Below, piece after piece: positions 48,168 to 58,797 of a stretch of DNA of 64,000 bases (positions are counted from its first letter, which is position 1; every line of letters starts with the position of its first letter). The DNA is from Candidatus Hermodarchaeota archaeon (GTDB lineage Archaea; Asgardarchaeota; Thorarchaeia; Thorarchaeales; Thorarchaeaceae): positions 32,001 through 96,000 of the forward strand of contig JBHLLF010000001.1 in assembly GCA_048885865.1 (NCBI GenBank). Reading direction: 5' to 3'. Position numbers and translations under genes: made by a program. The notes under the pieces are model-generated. The model saw only the letters and a list, made by a program, of their open reading frames with translations. It was not told where the DNA came from and did not search any database.

Positions 48168-49669
48168 TGGCTACGATGAATGGTGCTCCTCCTGAACAGG
48201 GCGCCGATACGCAGCAAGAGCCTGAATCTCAGGATAAAGTGGTGCTCTTTCTAATTGGAATAAAGGACAAAATGATGAGTAAGGAGTTTCAGAAACAAGC
48301 CTTGTGGACAATTGGATCCATTATCTTGGCGCTTCTAGTAAGCGGTGTCCTAATCGCATTGACTGGAAATGACCCCTTACTTGCATTCAGCTCACTTGCA
48401 CTTGGCGCCATTGGCCAACTTGACTTAGTGATGAGATACGCAACGCCACTGATACTCACAGGGCTCTCAGTAGCTCTAGCTTTCAGGTGTGGCTTGTTCA
48501 ACATCGGTCCTGAGGGGCAACTATACATGGGCGGGATTGTCGCGGCAATATTCGGTTTCATGGTTTCTCTGCCAATCCTGGTCCATCCTATCGTATGCTT
48601 GGCAATGGGTGGTTTGGCAGGAGCCTGTTGGGGCTTTATACCTGGAATCCTAAAGGCCTATCGCGGAGCTCATGAGGTGGTCACCTCGATGATGCTCTCC
48701 TATACTGCAATACTCCTCACACAGTGGCTCGTCACCTATCCTCTAAAGGAGCAGGGCCCCTATGATTGGATATCACAGACCCCTCGACTCTATGATACTG
48801 CTATTCTTCCCCCACTTTTTGGCAGCAACTACATGCACTTTGGGCTCATCGTTGCTATTCTCTGTGTCATTGGGGTTGACATTCTCATAAACAGAACTGT
48901 GCTCGGATATGAGTTGCGTGCAGTCGGGTACAATGAGAAGGCAGCGGAGTATTCAGGGATAAATCCGAAGAAGAATATCACCCTCGCAATGACTTTCGCA
49001 GGCGCTTTGGCTGGGCTAGCTGGTGCTGAAGAGATAATGGGCACCTATGAACGATTTACTGACAATTGGTCTGGAGGGCTTGGATGGGATGGAATAACTG
49101 TAGCAGTTCTTGGGAGGAATAATCCTTGGGGTGTTCTTGCAGGTGCAATCTTCTTTGGGGCGCTTCGTGCGGGCGGTCAGACCATGCAGCTCAGGGCTGA
49201 TGTTCCTGCTGAGATGGTGAGTGTCATTCAGGGCCTCATAGTGCTTTTTGTGGCAGCTCCACGCATAATTGATTGGCTTGCAAAGCACAATGTGGGTTTC
49301 GCCCATTGGATTCAGAAGAAGCCCAAAATGGCAGTTCCCGCATATGCTTTGGTCATTACTAACTTCCTTTCCATTCTCTTTGCGTTTGGGGGATTAATTG
49401 ATGTTCATATGACTCAAGCTCTCATTCTTATGATCGTAGCTTTCGCATCATTAGGAGCATTCATTCTTACTCTGTCACGAAGAGAAAGGGGTCCATTGAC
49501 ATCCCTCGCCACCTACATTCTATGGATAGTAGCTGCAGGCGTTGGATTGGTGATGGCGACCGAGTATTTGCTCGTACCCTTGATCATCGGTGTCATTGGT
49601 CTTGTCATGTCGCTCTACATCTTCTACATGGCGAAGTCAGCAGGTTTTGACCAAGGAGGTGACGCCTGA
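48167..49669 (+). CDS. Nucleoside ABC permease with C-terminal TM extension
   Basis: GLFNIGPEGQ, HEVVTSMML, GWDGITVA. Confidence 0.92.
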   Translation: MATMNGAPPEQGADTQQEPESQDKVVLFLIGIKDKMMSKEFQKQALWTIGSIILALLVSGVLIALTGNDPLLAFSSLALGAIGQLDLVMRYATPLILTGLSVALAFRCGLFNIGPEGQLYMGGIVAAIFGFMVSLPILVHPIVCLAMGGLAGACWGFIPGILKAYRGAHEVVTSMMLSYTAILLTQWLVTYPLKEQGPYDWISQTPRLYDTAILPPLFGSNYMHFGLIVAILCVIGVDILINRTVLGYELRAVGYNEKAAEYSGINPKKNITLAMTFAGALAGLAGAEEIMGTYERFTDNWSGGLGWDGITVAVLGRNNPWGVLAGAIFFGALRAGGQTMQLRADVPAEMVSVIQGLIVLFVAAPRIIDWLAKHNVGFAHWIQKKPKMAVPAYALVITNFLSILFAFGGLIDVHMTQALILMIVAFASLGAFILTLSRRERGPLTSLATYILWIVAAGVGLVMATEYLLVPLIIGVIGLVMSLYIFYMAKSAGFDQGGDA

Positions 49670-50628
49670 TGCAGGGTATGGATGTGACACTCAATTTGAT
49701 TGGGTGGCTGCTAATGGCAACGCTCCAAAGCTCAACTCCTTTGGTCTTAACCGCTCTCGGCGGGATGTTTTCGGAACGTTCGGGAGTAGTGAATATCGGA
49801 CTGGAAGGTATGATGCTAATAGGAGCCTTCAGTGCTGTCGCAGCAACATACTTCACAGATAATCCTTGGATGGGCATTCTTGTGGCAATGATTTCAGGCG
49901 GAATGCTCGCTGGAGCACATGCTATTGTCTGCGTCAAATTCAAGGGCGATCATATCGTGAGTGGCACCGGCGTAATTCTGTTCGGAGGAGGTTTTACCAC
50001 CCTAATGCTTGATGTAGTATGGGGCCGTCGAGGTTATTCTGAACAGGTTACGCAGCTTCCAAAAGTCAATTTGCAGCCATATATTGGCGACATACCCATT
50101 ATTGGAACTGCATTTGGCAATCTCTCACCCATTGTCTATTGGATGTTCATTATAACAGGCATTTCGCTATATGTGCTATACAAGACACCTTTTGGCCTTA
50201 GACTTCGGGCGGCTGGAGAGGATCCAAGCACTCTTGATGCTGCGGGTGTGAATGTGGAGTGGACTCGTGCTATTGGAGTTATCCTTAGCGGATGCCTCGC
50301 AGGTCTTGGAGGTGCATATCTTTCAATAGGATTTGGCTCCGCCTTTGGGAAACTGATGACATCCGGTAGAGGATTTATCGCATTGGCTGCCATGATTTTT
50401 GGCAATTGGACCCCGATAGGTTGTCTCCTGGCTGGCATATTCTTTGGATTCCTGAATGGCCTTCAGTATGCTCTGGTGTTAGCACCAGGATTTGAATGGC
50501 TGCAACCATACAACAATTTCATTCAAATGATACCCTTCATACTAGTAATTGTCGCACTATCTGGAATACGTAAGTCAATACCACCGAAGGGAATTGCGAA
50601 ACCTTATGAAAAAGAAGCAAAAGCATAG
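49669..50628 (+). CDS. Nucleoside ABC permease
   Basis: SERSGVVNIGLEG, GRGFIALAA. Confidence 0.93.
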   Translation: MQGMDVTLNLIGWLLMATLQSSTPLVLTALGGMFSERSGVVNIGLEGMMLIGAFSAVAATYFTDNPWMGILVAMISGGMLAGAHAIVCVKFKGDHIVSGTGVILFGGGFTTLMLDVVWGRRGYSEQVTQLPKVNLQPYIGDIPIIGTAFGNLSPIVYWMFIITGISLYVLYKTPFGLRLRAAGEDPSTLDAAGVNVEWTRAIGVILSGCLAGLGGAYLSIGFGSAFGKLMTSGRGFIALAAMIFGNWTPIGCLLAGIFFGFLNGLQYALVLAPGFEWLQPYNNFIQMIPFILVIVALSGIRKSIPPKGIAKPYEKEAKA

Positions 50629-50720
50629 AGATGCCGCTGCTTTTATGGCGGCGTCATTTTATATCTTCGACTACTGTCAGGATTACCTTTAAAACGAAAC
50701 CATCCGGGCGATGAGTTACC

Positions 50721-51167
50721 TTGAAGAGAATTCACAACAGGAACCCGCTGATGCTCTGTTTCATTGGCGGGTTACTTATGATATCCTCTGGTGCGAGCGG
50801 AGCGATTGGTACCCTTGCCGAACTAGCTCCTCACCTAGGGAATCTTTTCGGGACAGGTTTTGCCCTAACCTTTGATATCATTATGGGGATTCTTGCGGCT
50901 TTGACACTCATCGGTGGTGTTGGTGTCATTGTTGGAGGCCTAGTTCTGACTACACGTTTCTATCTACTTGGAAGAGTTGTTGTTATATTATGCATCGTGA
51001 TGGGCGTCTCAGGCCTCATCATGAGTCTTATCCAATTACTAATGGCTGGAACCCTGATGATGGGTCTATCCATTCAACTTGCTCAATCGGTTGGCTGGAT
51101 CGGTGCGATGTTCTCATTGATTGCTCAGACAATTGCCGAGCAGCCTTCAATGCTTGTTTCACGGTGA
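50721..51167 (+). CDS. Four-TM membrane protein
   Basis: Gly-rich hydrophobic helices. Confidence 0.65.
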   Translation: MKRIHNRNPLMLCFIGGLLMISSGASGAIGTLAELAPHLGNLFGTGFALTFDIIMGILAALTLIGGVGVIVGGLVLTTRFYLLGRVVVILCIVMGVSGLIMSLIQLLMAGTLMMGLSIQLAQSVGWIGAMFSLIAQTIAEQPSMLVSR

Positions 51168-51171
51168 AGCG

Positions 51172-51567
51172 TTACACATCAAGAACTGAAACGGATGTTT
51201 CGAGCAACTTAGCAGCCTGAATGCACTCACGAAGAATCCCTGACTTATCTTGATCCATCGGTGCGAAGCACGATACAAACCAAACTCCCTTGCCTGTGCC
51301 CACAATGAGGGCTATGGCACCTTCTGGATTTATCGCGACAAATCCATTCTCCTCAGTCATAGCGCTCAGGAATGAGATCTGCTTGACTACGAAATTGCTC
51401 GTTCCCCCATTCCAGGCACTGAAGATTGCATGGAGATCATTTACGGAAAGCTGCATATTGTCAGTTGCATACGCGATTCTCCCTTCATAGGAGAATGCAG
51501 CAGAGCCAATGATTCCTTCATAGTTGGACATTGCGATGTCTATAGTCCTCTTGATGCGCATGACCAT
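51172..51567 (-). CDS. Profilin-like protein (Asgard type)
   Basis: Size and pattern IIGSAAFSYEGRIAYATDN...IFSAW...VAINPEG resemble Asgard profilins. Confidence 0.65.
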   Translation of the reverse strand: MVMRIKRTIDIAMSNYEGIIGSAAFSYEGRIAYATDNMQLSVNDLHAIFSAWNGGTSNFVVKQISFLSAMTEENGFVAINPEGAIALIVGTGKGVWFVSCFAPMDQDKSGILRECIQAAKLLETSVSVLDV

Positions 51568-51621
51568 TCTTATGTCCCATTATGAACTCCCTCTAATGAT
51601 AGAAATAGGTATGTGGCGTAT

Positions 51622-52209
51622 CTAGTTGGATGTGAACATCATTGCTTTTGCTAGAAGCAGAGTTCTTGCATGAAGCTCCTCGTTAGATACGTGAGATGTC
51701 AACCGGCTACCCTTGACAGACATACCATGCCTTAGCGCAATGGCCTCAAGGTTATCGCCAAGCAATCTTGATGATGTTAGCCGATAGTTGAACCAATCTC
51801 CGTCTGCTCCCTTTATTAGACAATTGACATCTATATAGCGATCATCGTCAAGCAGTACTCTGAAATTCTTCCCTATAGACTGCTTAATTGTCACATCTGC
51901 ACCAAGGATACCCCTTAGGACTCCCTCGGTGAATATCGTGGCTGGACTCGGGAGGAAAGCCCAGGTCCAGAAGCTATATGCTAGTACCATGAGGCAGAGA
52001 GCCAGGAAGAAGCCTATGGTGTTGTATGATGCTATTACTTCGAACCCCTGTATCCACCCATCCGAGAATATCTCGGGCGGCGTCAAGTCAAAGATCCCTG
52101 GCGAATAGAAGAGATAGAAGGAAATGGTGCCCACTATAAGGATTGCAGAGAATGCAATCTTCTCTCTCTCCTTGTAAAGCGCTCTTGCGTTCGTGAGCAG
52201 CTCGTCCAT
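51622..52209 (-). CDS. Two-TM membrane protein
   Basis: Start MDELL coupled by a TAATG overlap to the upstream stop. Confidence 0.65.
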   Translation of the reverse strand: MDELLTNARALYKEREKIAFSAILIVGTISFYLFYSPGIFDLTPPEIFSDGWIQGFEVIASYNTIGFFLALCLMVLAYSFWTWAFLPSPATIFTEGVLRGILGADVTIKQSIGKNFRVLLDDDRYIDVNCLIKGADGDWFNYRLTSSRLLGDNLEAIALRHGMSVKGSRLTSHVSNEELHARTLLLAKAMMFTSN

Positions 52210-52571
52210 TACTCTTCCTCCAGGGCTTTCAGGTAGATGTTCTTTGCCTCTCTTCCGTAAGCTCGACATATGTCAACAAGCACACCCAAGAGGGGGTGTT
52301 CATTGTTGATTCTGATTGAGTACAGCTTCGGTGTGAGTTGGTCAATCAAGATCATTCTCTCATCTTGAAGGTGTGCAAGCACACCCCTGTAGAGACTTCT
52401 TGATTTCCCACTGTACCCTATCAGGCGACTGAGTTGGACACCACTAACGCTACGAGGGTATATGTGTCCCAGAGCCAAGAGTATCGCTCTCTTGGTGTCG
52501 TTGAGCGACGACATGAGCTGGAGCAGTTCATACACTGTGCGACGTGTGTCTCCCTCTGCCATCGTAATCAT
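52209..52571 (-). CDS. Winged-helix DNA-binding protein
   Basis: LNDTKRAILLAL...SGVQLSRLIGY...LAHL, followed by a beta wing. Confidence 0.65.
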   Translation of the reverse strand: MITMAEGDTRRTVYELLQLMSSLNDTKRAILLALGHIYPRSVSGVQLSRLIGYSGKSRSLYRGVLAHLQDERMILIDQLTPKLYSIRINNEHPLLGVLVDICRAYGREAKNIYLKALEEE

Positions 52572-52769
52572 GTCTTCCTTGGCACATCTAGTTGCTTGTG
52601 TCGGCCTTTACACAACATCTCTTGGACTAAAGGTTAGGTGCAAAGACAATGATGCCTCTCAATATATCTTTCTTTTCTAATTTCGAATGAATGCACCCTA
52701 CAGAAGTTAATAAGAAATCACACGACTAAGGGTCCAGAACCTTGTATTCGTTGGAGGTTTATTCAGATT

Positions 52770-53336
52770 ATGGCTTTCGGAAGCAAATACTTCGGTTGGT
52801 TGTCAGCCATGGCGATTGTTCTCGCCGGAGGCTGGTTCCTCTTGCCAGCCGGGTATAACACCTTGATTGAGTGGATGGCTCCGCAATTGGGCAACTATGT
52901 GCGGCCTTCGCTTGTCATGGTCAATATTCTACTAGTCAACCCACTGACCAATATCATGATGGTCGCGATTTGGGGTGCCGCTGGTTTTGTCGGAGGAGTG
53001 CTAGCCGGTACAAAGAAGGGTGCCTTTGTGGTAGGATTCGTGACTTGGTTGTTTTGCATATTGCTAGCTGGATTCTGTGTTGTTCAGATGTTTATGACTG
53101 GACTTAACTTCGGCTCTATTCCTCCAATCCCACCTGGAAGCTCAATTGTTGACATTCTAGGCATTCCACTAATTCAAGATGTGATTGGTGGGATTCTCCC
53201 CATGATTTCAGGCATGGCTGGTGGAGGTTTAGACATTTTCTCCCTGATCCTTCCACTTGTAATGTGGGTGGTGGTGCCAATCGTTGTGGTGATCGTGGCT
53301 GGAATAGCTGGCGCGATGGTTCGCCCTAAGGAGTGA
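52770..53336 (+). CDS. Membrane protein
   Basis: Several TM helices; GGAGGT RBS. Confidence 0.75.
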   Translation: MAFGSKYFGWLSAMAIVLAGGWFLLPAGYNTLIEWMAPQLGNYVRPSLVMVNILLVNPLTNIMMVAIWGAAGFVGGVLAGTKKGAFVVGFVTWLFCILLAGFCVVQMFMTGLNFGSIPPIPPGSSIVDILGIPLIQDVIGGILPMISGMAGGGLDIFSLILPLVMWVVVPIVVVIVAGIAGAMVRPKE

Positions 53337-53342
53337 TGATAG

Positions 53343-55010
53343 ATGAAGCACGCATACAAGCACGCGTTTATTTTCGCGTTAATGGGATTCCTATTGGTAT
53401 CTCCAGCCGTGGCGGCTACTGTTTTCAATGATAGCTATACCCCGGCACAAGACATCAACATTGATGATCTCTTGTCTAACATTATAGAGAATGGTGCAGA
53501 ACTCGTCTTTGCAAACATTGACGAGGAAGGTGCACCGCAGGTTATCTATGGGCAGCTTGGAATACCGTCCGAGGATCTCGGTCTGACATCTGGTGGTGTT
53601 CTCTCTGAGATGTATACTGGCTGTATAGCCATGGTCCTGGTGGCAACCTATGGTGAGATGCTTCAGTACATCTTTGACCTGATTGGATTCATGGGTACAA
53701 ACGAATCAGATGGAGGGTTCTTCCCACTTCAGGCTGACATGTTCAGCATGGACTCAATAATGGACCTCATCGGAGATGAACTCAATATGCTGATCAATGT
53801 CTTTGTTGATGTTGACGCGGCGACATCTCAATCAAGGATGAACATGATAAAGAGCCACCTGAGTCTCCAGTTTGGATTCGGATTCTCAGAGCTGTTCTCC
53901 TTGCGAGTCGATGAGAGTCTCTTCCCTCCAGATGTAGAGATCCAGCTTCCTTTCCAGTCACTCGATGTCTATATCCATCAGATGACGATTTCTGACGAGG
54001 AGGTCATTGACGCGATATTCAATGTTATGAACACCGGGGGCTTTGCAGATTCCATTGATCAGACGAAATTCAGAAATGCTGATGCGGCTGCGGCAGGTCT
54101 GATTGCAGTCCCTGACATGGATGCATTACTGGATCTGATAAGTGGATTCTCTGGTTCTCCCCCAGCTGCCTTTGTTGTTTCAGACTTCTTTGCCTCACAG
54201 TTCGACATCGGCAATCTCACATTGGAGGGTCCTCTGGCTGTTGCTGCGGTCGGATATCTTGGAGATCAGCTGCTTTCAACTTCGAGTACCGAGTTGGATA
54301 TCTTTGCTGATCTGCTTGGTGCTACAACTGACATCGAACCTTTGAGTCAAGGAATGTCGGTTGTCATTGCCAGATTCCCATTCAACATCAATGTCACAGG
54401 ATATACTCCTGAGAACCAGGCTCAGAATCAGACTTTCTTCGACGAGTCAGCTAATCTAATCTTCTGGAATGCTACTGCACTAGGGACTCAGCCGGATTAC
54501 ACTGTGACTTTCAATGCAACGAACTTGCCACCTCTCATAGCATTGGAGCGCACATTCTCGCCGGAGAGTTGCTCTGTGGGAGAGTATACGGATGTGACTG
54601 TGACCGTCACCAACAATGGCGATGATCCTATAGCCAACTTATCTCTCACTGATACAGAGTTCAGTGACATCTATCCAGATGTTTCAGTCACTGGTTCCAC
54701 AACTGGTAGTTGGCTGAGTTTGGCTTCCGGGGCTTCTCAGAGTATCACATATAGAGTGACATTCACAAATGAAGGTCGATATACTTTTCCAGGTGCAGTG
54801 TTGCACTATTCCTACAACGGAATAAACTTCGAAAAAGATACCAGCAACCAAGGATTCACTGTCAATTCAGACATAGTGGGTCTAATCCAGCAGGGAATCG
54901 CAGATGGCTGGCCATTCACCGGAATGGTTCTTGGGCTGGTTGGTATAACTGGAATCTACTCCGTCCTGGGATTGATTAGAGGCGGCGGTAGCGAGTACTA
55001 TCAGACATAA
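53343..55010 (+). CDS. Secreted/membrane-anchored surface protein with C-terminal Ig-like (DUF11/BatD-like) domain
   Basis: Signal peptide; VTVTVTNNG...NLSLTD...GRYTFPGA; C-terminal TM. Confidence 0.75.
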   Translation: MKHAYKHAFIFALMGFLLVSPAVAATVFNDSYTPAQDINIDDLLSNIIENGAELVFANIDEEGAPQVIYGQLGIPSEDLGLTSGGVLSEMYTGCIAMVLVATYGEMLQYIFDLIGFMGTNESDGGFFPLQADMFSMDSIMDLIGDELNMLINVFVDVDAATSQSRMNMIKSHLSLQFGFGFSELFSLRVDESLFPPDVEIQLPFQSLDVYIHQMTISDEEVIDAIFNVMNTGGFADSIDQTKFRNADAAAAGLIAVPDMDALLDLISGFSGSPPAAFVVSDFFASQFDIGNLTLEGPLAVAAVGYLGDQLLSTSSTELDIFADLLGATTDIEPLSQGMSVVIARFPFNINVTGYTPENQAQNQTFFDESANLIFWNATALGTQPDYTVTFNATNLPPLIALERTFSPESCSVGEYTDVTVTVTNNGDDPIANLSLTDTEFSDIYPDVSVTGSTTGSWLSLASGASQSITYRVTFTNEGRYTFPGAVLHYSYNGINFEKDTSNQGFTVNSDIVGLIQQGIADGWPFTGMVLGLVGITGIYSVLGLIRGGGSEYYQT

Positions 55011-55141
55011 AGCACAAGATTGATGGGTGCTCCATTTCTTCGGAGATGGGCACCCACTCAGGTTTCTTTTGCCGAACTTGGCAATAAAGGACTCAGAGTT
55101 TCTTCCTTTTCTCATTTCTTCTTGAGGATGCGGGCTTTCAT

Positions 55142-55855
55142 TCAAATCTTGCTTTTCTCTTTCTTAGCTTTAAATCTCCATTGATAACATGATGCAACTC
55201 CAGCGCAAATCCACAAAGCTGCCAGAATTTGATGTGGTATTAGCAATACCCGTAGTCTTTGGTCCAATGGAGATGGAAATATCATGATGACCCACATTAT
55301 AATCTGTGTATCTACCTCTAGAGTTTGATCCTGACTTGGATTATAGTAATTTGCAGTCCAGTTAGCCACAGTGAATGGTCCCGAAAGAGGATATGGCAGA
55401 GAAACAGCTAAATTGGTGTCATTAGCATAGGTGCCAGAATAATAGAATACATCTGGTCGATTCTCATCCACAACGTAGAATGTAACATTTCCATTTTCCA
55501 CAAAAATTCGAACTTCAAAGTCTGATCCATGAAGAGATCCTTGGTTTGATAAGGGGCCCAGTGTATTCCGTTCTCCTGGTGAGAGGGAAAAGGTAGCAGC
55601 TCCACCCGGACTGCCATAGTAATACGCATTGATTTCAAACTGATTGAGTATCAATATAGGCGAGATTGCAAGGGTACTTAGAAGCAAAAACATCATACCA
55701 TTCCTTCTCTTTCTTATCCATTGACTTTTCCGAAAAATGATATAGCATACTATAACAATAGGACTGGATAATACAATCACGCCAGGGAGATAGTACAATA
55801 GCACGAGCATACGTAAACCCTCAATTGCACGTAAGTTGAGTTTGTACCTTTCCAC
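55142..55855 (-). CDS. Membrane protein with extracellular beta domain
   Basis: Three TM segments; AT-rich; NVTFYVVDE-type beta domain. Confidence 0.55.
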   Translation of the reverse strand: MERYKLNLRAIEGLRMLVLLYYLPGVIVLSSPIVIVCYIIFRKSQWIRKRRNGMMFLLLSTLAISPILILNQFEINAYYYGSPGGAATFSLSPGERNTLGPLSNQGSLHGSDFEVRIFVENGNVTFYVVDENRPDVFYYSGTYANDTNLAVSLPYPLSGPFTVANWTANYYNPSQDQTLEVDTQIIMWVIMIFPSPLDQRLRVLLIPHQILAALWICAGVASCYQWRFKAKKEKSKI

Positions 55856-55984
55856 ATTAGATTAGTTAGCTATTAGATTTTATTGCTCATTTGAATTGTG
55901 ATTGACAAGTTCGCAAGTACCAAGGACTACTTGTGCATCATGTTTATCTGATGTGAGTCTGAACAAGGCCTCTTGTGAAGTGAC

Positions 55985-56914
55985 ATGCCACTCCGCGATG
56001 AACTCAATGGTTACCTTAGACTTCCTAGAGCGTTCTTCGGCATTAAGGAGCCTGAGACTGGGACTCCTGATGTAGGTGTATTAGGTGTGCCTTATGACCT
56101 GACATCTAGCCATATGCCTGGGTGCCGCTTTGGTCCTGATGCCATCAGAGCAGCTACGGACTCCGAGAGGTCCCACAGCTTTCCTCTCAGTATTGGCAAG
56201 GGCTCTTTGCCTAGTGAGAATCCATTGTCAGAGCTCATCACCTTGGAGGATATTGGCGACCTTGAGATTATGGGTCGACTCCCCGACGCAGCCCAGGTCG
56301 ATATCTCAGAAGCCGCTGCAAAGCTGGCTCCATTGGGCTCTAGCTACTTGTTTCTAGGAGGCGATCACTTCATCACCTATCCTCTCCTAAAGGGAATCAA
56401 ACGCGCTGTGTCTGGGCGATATGGCATTGTGTATTTCGATTCTCATGCTGATTTCTACGAGGATTACGGCGGATACTCTTTATCCCACGCCACGACTCTG
56501 AGGCGGCTTGTTGAGGAGAAAGTGGTAGAGATTGAAGATGTGGTTGCATATGACCTTCGGTCAGCTCTTCCCGAGCAGAGGAACGCCATTCTTGGAGAGG
56601 ATACTTTGATTCCTACCTTTGAGTCGTTTCAGGATTCGCTCAGCGCAGTGTCCGAACGTGTTGATTCGTTGTATGTTTCCATAGACCTTGATGTACTTAG
56701 GCCCAGTATCCAATCAAGCGTCAGTCACCCAGAGTCTGGAGGGCCTGACGTTGAAACATTAGCTGGATTCATCAGAGCATGCTTTGCCACAAAAAAGGTT
56801 CGATATGTGGATATAGTGGAACTCAATCCATTGACTGACAAGTCTGGCCTAGGATCTATTGCCGCACGCGATATTGTGAAGGAAGTTCTCACTGGATTCG
56901 CTTCAATGATGTGA
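55985..56914 (+). CDS. Agmatinase/arginase-family ureohydrolase
   Basis: GVPYD, GPDAIR, GGDH, DSHAD, SIDLDVL, VELNP. Confidence 0.9.
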   Translation: MPLRDELNGYLRLPRAFFGIKEPETGTPDVGVLGVPYDLTSSHMPGCRFGPDAIRAATDSERSHSFPLSIGKGSLPSENPLSELITLEDIGDLEIMGRLPDAAQVDISEAAAKLAPLGSSYLFLGGDHFITYPLLKGIKRAVSGRYGIVYFDSHADFYEDYGGYSLSHATTLRRLVEEKVVEIEDVVAYDLRSALPEQRNAILGEDTLIPTFESFQDSLSAVSERVDSLYVSIDLDVLRPSIQSSVSHPESGGPDVETLAGFIRACFATKKVRYVDIVELNPLTDKSGLGSIAARDIVKEVLTGFASMM

Positions 56915-56987
56915 TCTTGCTCAGAATTGGATTTCCTTACGAACGCACTTAGTGCTGAGTTTCCATTTCGCCGCAATATCATATGAT

Positions 56988-58655
56988 CTAGCAGAGCTTT
57001 GATATCTGAGATAATCGTCGCTTCTTAATCATATAGAATACGCCAATTAATGGAACTCCAACTAGAGCCAATGCAGCAATTAACTGGGCTAATCCTGGAA
57101 GAATGGTGGGTGGAAGTTGGTCGGTTGGATGGAACTTCAGAATAAAGCAATCTTCATCTCCTCCGAAGGTGGCGTTGTAGCAATTTACCGTGGGGAAATT
57201 TTCGGATTCGGTGGTTCCCGCCACGTAGACATTTGCATCTGTATCGATAGCAATGGAACATCCCCAATCTAAACTAGAGCCTCCAATGAAAGTAGAGTAG
57301 AGCAATGCTAAACCATTGGCGGAAAGTTTGAAGACAAAACAGTCACGTTTCCCCCCGTGATTACTGTTGTACGCATTAACTGTAGGAAAGTCAGGTGACA
57401 CAGTACTTCCGGTGACATAGACGTTGCCGGATGCATCCAATGCAATGGAATATGCATAATCAGGATCCTCTCCCCCGATGAAGGTTGAGAAGACCAACGT
57501 TGAGCCATCATTAGAGAGCTTGAAGACAAAACAGTCACCACCCTCGTTATTGCTATCGTATGCATTGACAGTTGGAAAATCGTAGGAACTAGTATATCCC
57601 GTCACGTAGACATTGCAAGATGAATCGACTGCAATGGAACGTCCTGAATCCATTGTTGAACCTCCAACGAAGGTTGAATAGAGCAATGTTGAACCATCGG
57701 CAGAGAGTTTGAAGACAAAACAGTCACCAGGACGGTCGAGTCTCATTGAATGGTGATAGGTGCTGTCGTATGCATCTACTGTGGGGAAGTCCGCTGACTC
57801 AGTATATCCTGTCACATAGATGCTGCAAGATGTATCCAATATCACTGACGTTCCTGCATCATGACCAGATCCCCCGATGAAGGTTGAGAAGACCAACGTT
57901 GAGCCATCATTAGAGAGCTTGAAGACAAAAGAGTCGCTTGTTCCATTGAAAGTGCTGTCGTACGCATTTACTGTTGGAAAACCTGTTGACTCAGTATACC
58001 CTGTGACATAGGCATTGCCGGATGTATCCACTGCTATTGATTCTCCAGAATCTAAGCCAGCGCCCCCAATGAAGGTTGAGTAGAGTAGAGTCGAACCATT
58101 GGCTGAGAGCTTTAAGACAAAACAGTCAGGATTTCCTCCGTGAGTGCTGTTGTATGCATTGACTGAAGGAAAGTCAGTTGAATTAGTTAATCCGGTGACG
58201 TAGGCGTTGCCAAATTCATCCACTACAATTGACTTTGCATATTCATAATCCTGCCCACCAATGAAAGTCGAAAAGAGCAATTCCGAACCATCTGCTGAGA
58301 GCTTTAGTACGAAGCAATCAGTATATCCACCACCGTAGGTACTTTCGAATGCATTCACTGTGGGGAACTCCGGAGAGGAAGTATGTCCAGCTACGTAGAC
58401 ATTACCATAGCTATCCAAGGCCATAGCCTCTACGCGGTCATCTTTGTATCCACCAATGAAGGTTGAGTAATTTAAGGGGTCGCTAATGAGTTCCTCCGAT
58501 TCAATGTAGCTCCTTTTGCTGTTGATACTGGCTTTAGAGATTGACTCAGAGGATTCAGAGGCCTGGTTAGCTGATGAGAAAAATGATGTCGACTGAGTAA
58601 TGCCAACCGAAAAGGCCAGCAAAATCCAGATCAGAATGATACCCCTAACCCTCAT
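56988..58655 (-). CDS. SBBP beta-propeller repeat surface protein
   Basis: About seven 63-aa repeats of STFIGG...IAVD.SGN.YVTG.T.S.DFPTVNAY...DCFVFKL; signal peptide and C-terminal TM. Confidence 0.92.
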   Translation of the reverse strand: MRVRGIILIWILLAFSVGITQSTSFFSSANQASESSESISKASINSKRSYIESEELISDPLNYSTFIGGYKDDRVEAMALDSYGNVYVAGHTSSPEFPTVNAFESTYGGGYTDCFVLKLSADGSELLFSTFIGGQDYEYAKSIVVDEFGNAYVTGLTNSTDFPSVNAYNSTHGGNPDCFVLKLSANGSTLLYSTFIGGAGLDSGESIAVDTSGNAYVTGYTESTGFPTVNAYDSTFNGTSDSFVFKLSNDGSTLVFSTFIGGSGHDAGTSVILDTSCSIYVTGYTESADFPTVDAYDSTYHHSMRLDRPGDCFVFKLSADGSTLLYSTFVGGSTMDSGRSIAVDSSCNVYVTGYTSSYDFPTVNAYDSNNEGGDCFVFKLSNDGSTLVFSTFIGGEDPDYAYSIALDASGNVYVTGSTVSPDFPTVNAYNSNHGGKRDCFVFKLSANGLALLYSTFIGGSSLDWGCSIAIDTDANVYVAGTTESENFPTVNCYNATFGGDEDCFILKFHPTDQLPPTILPGLAQLIAALALVGVPLIGVFYMIKKRRLSQISKLC

Positions 58656-58797
58656 GCTGGAAACCTACTGAATCACTGATATTCCCAGCACTCGCTTATA
58701 GATTCTGTTGCGTAACTCTTTTGTTTAAATACGCATTAAGGTAGCTTTTTTAGAAACACTTAAATTAGTAGCAATTGCACATAATTTTCGGCAGAGA

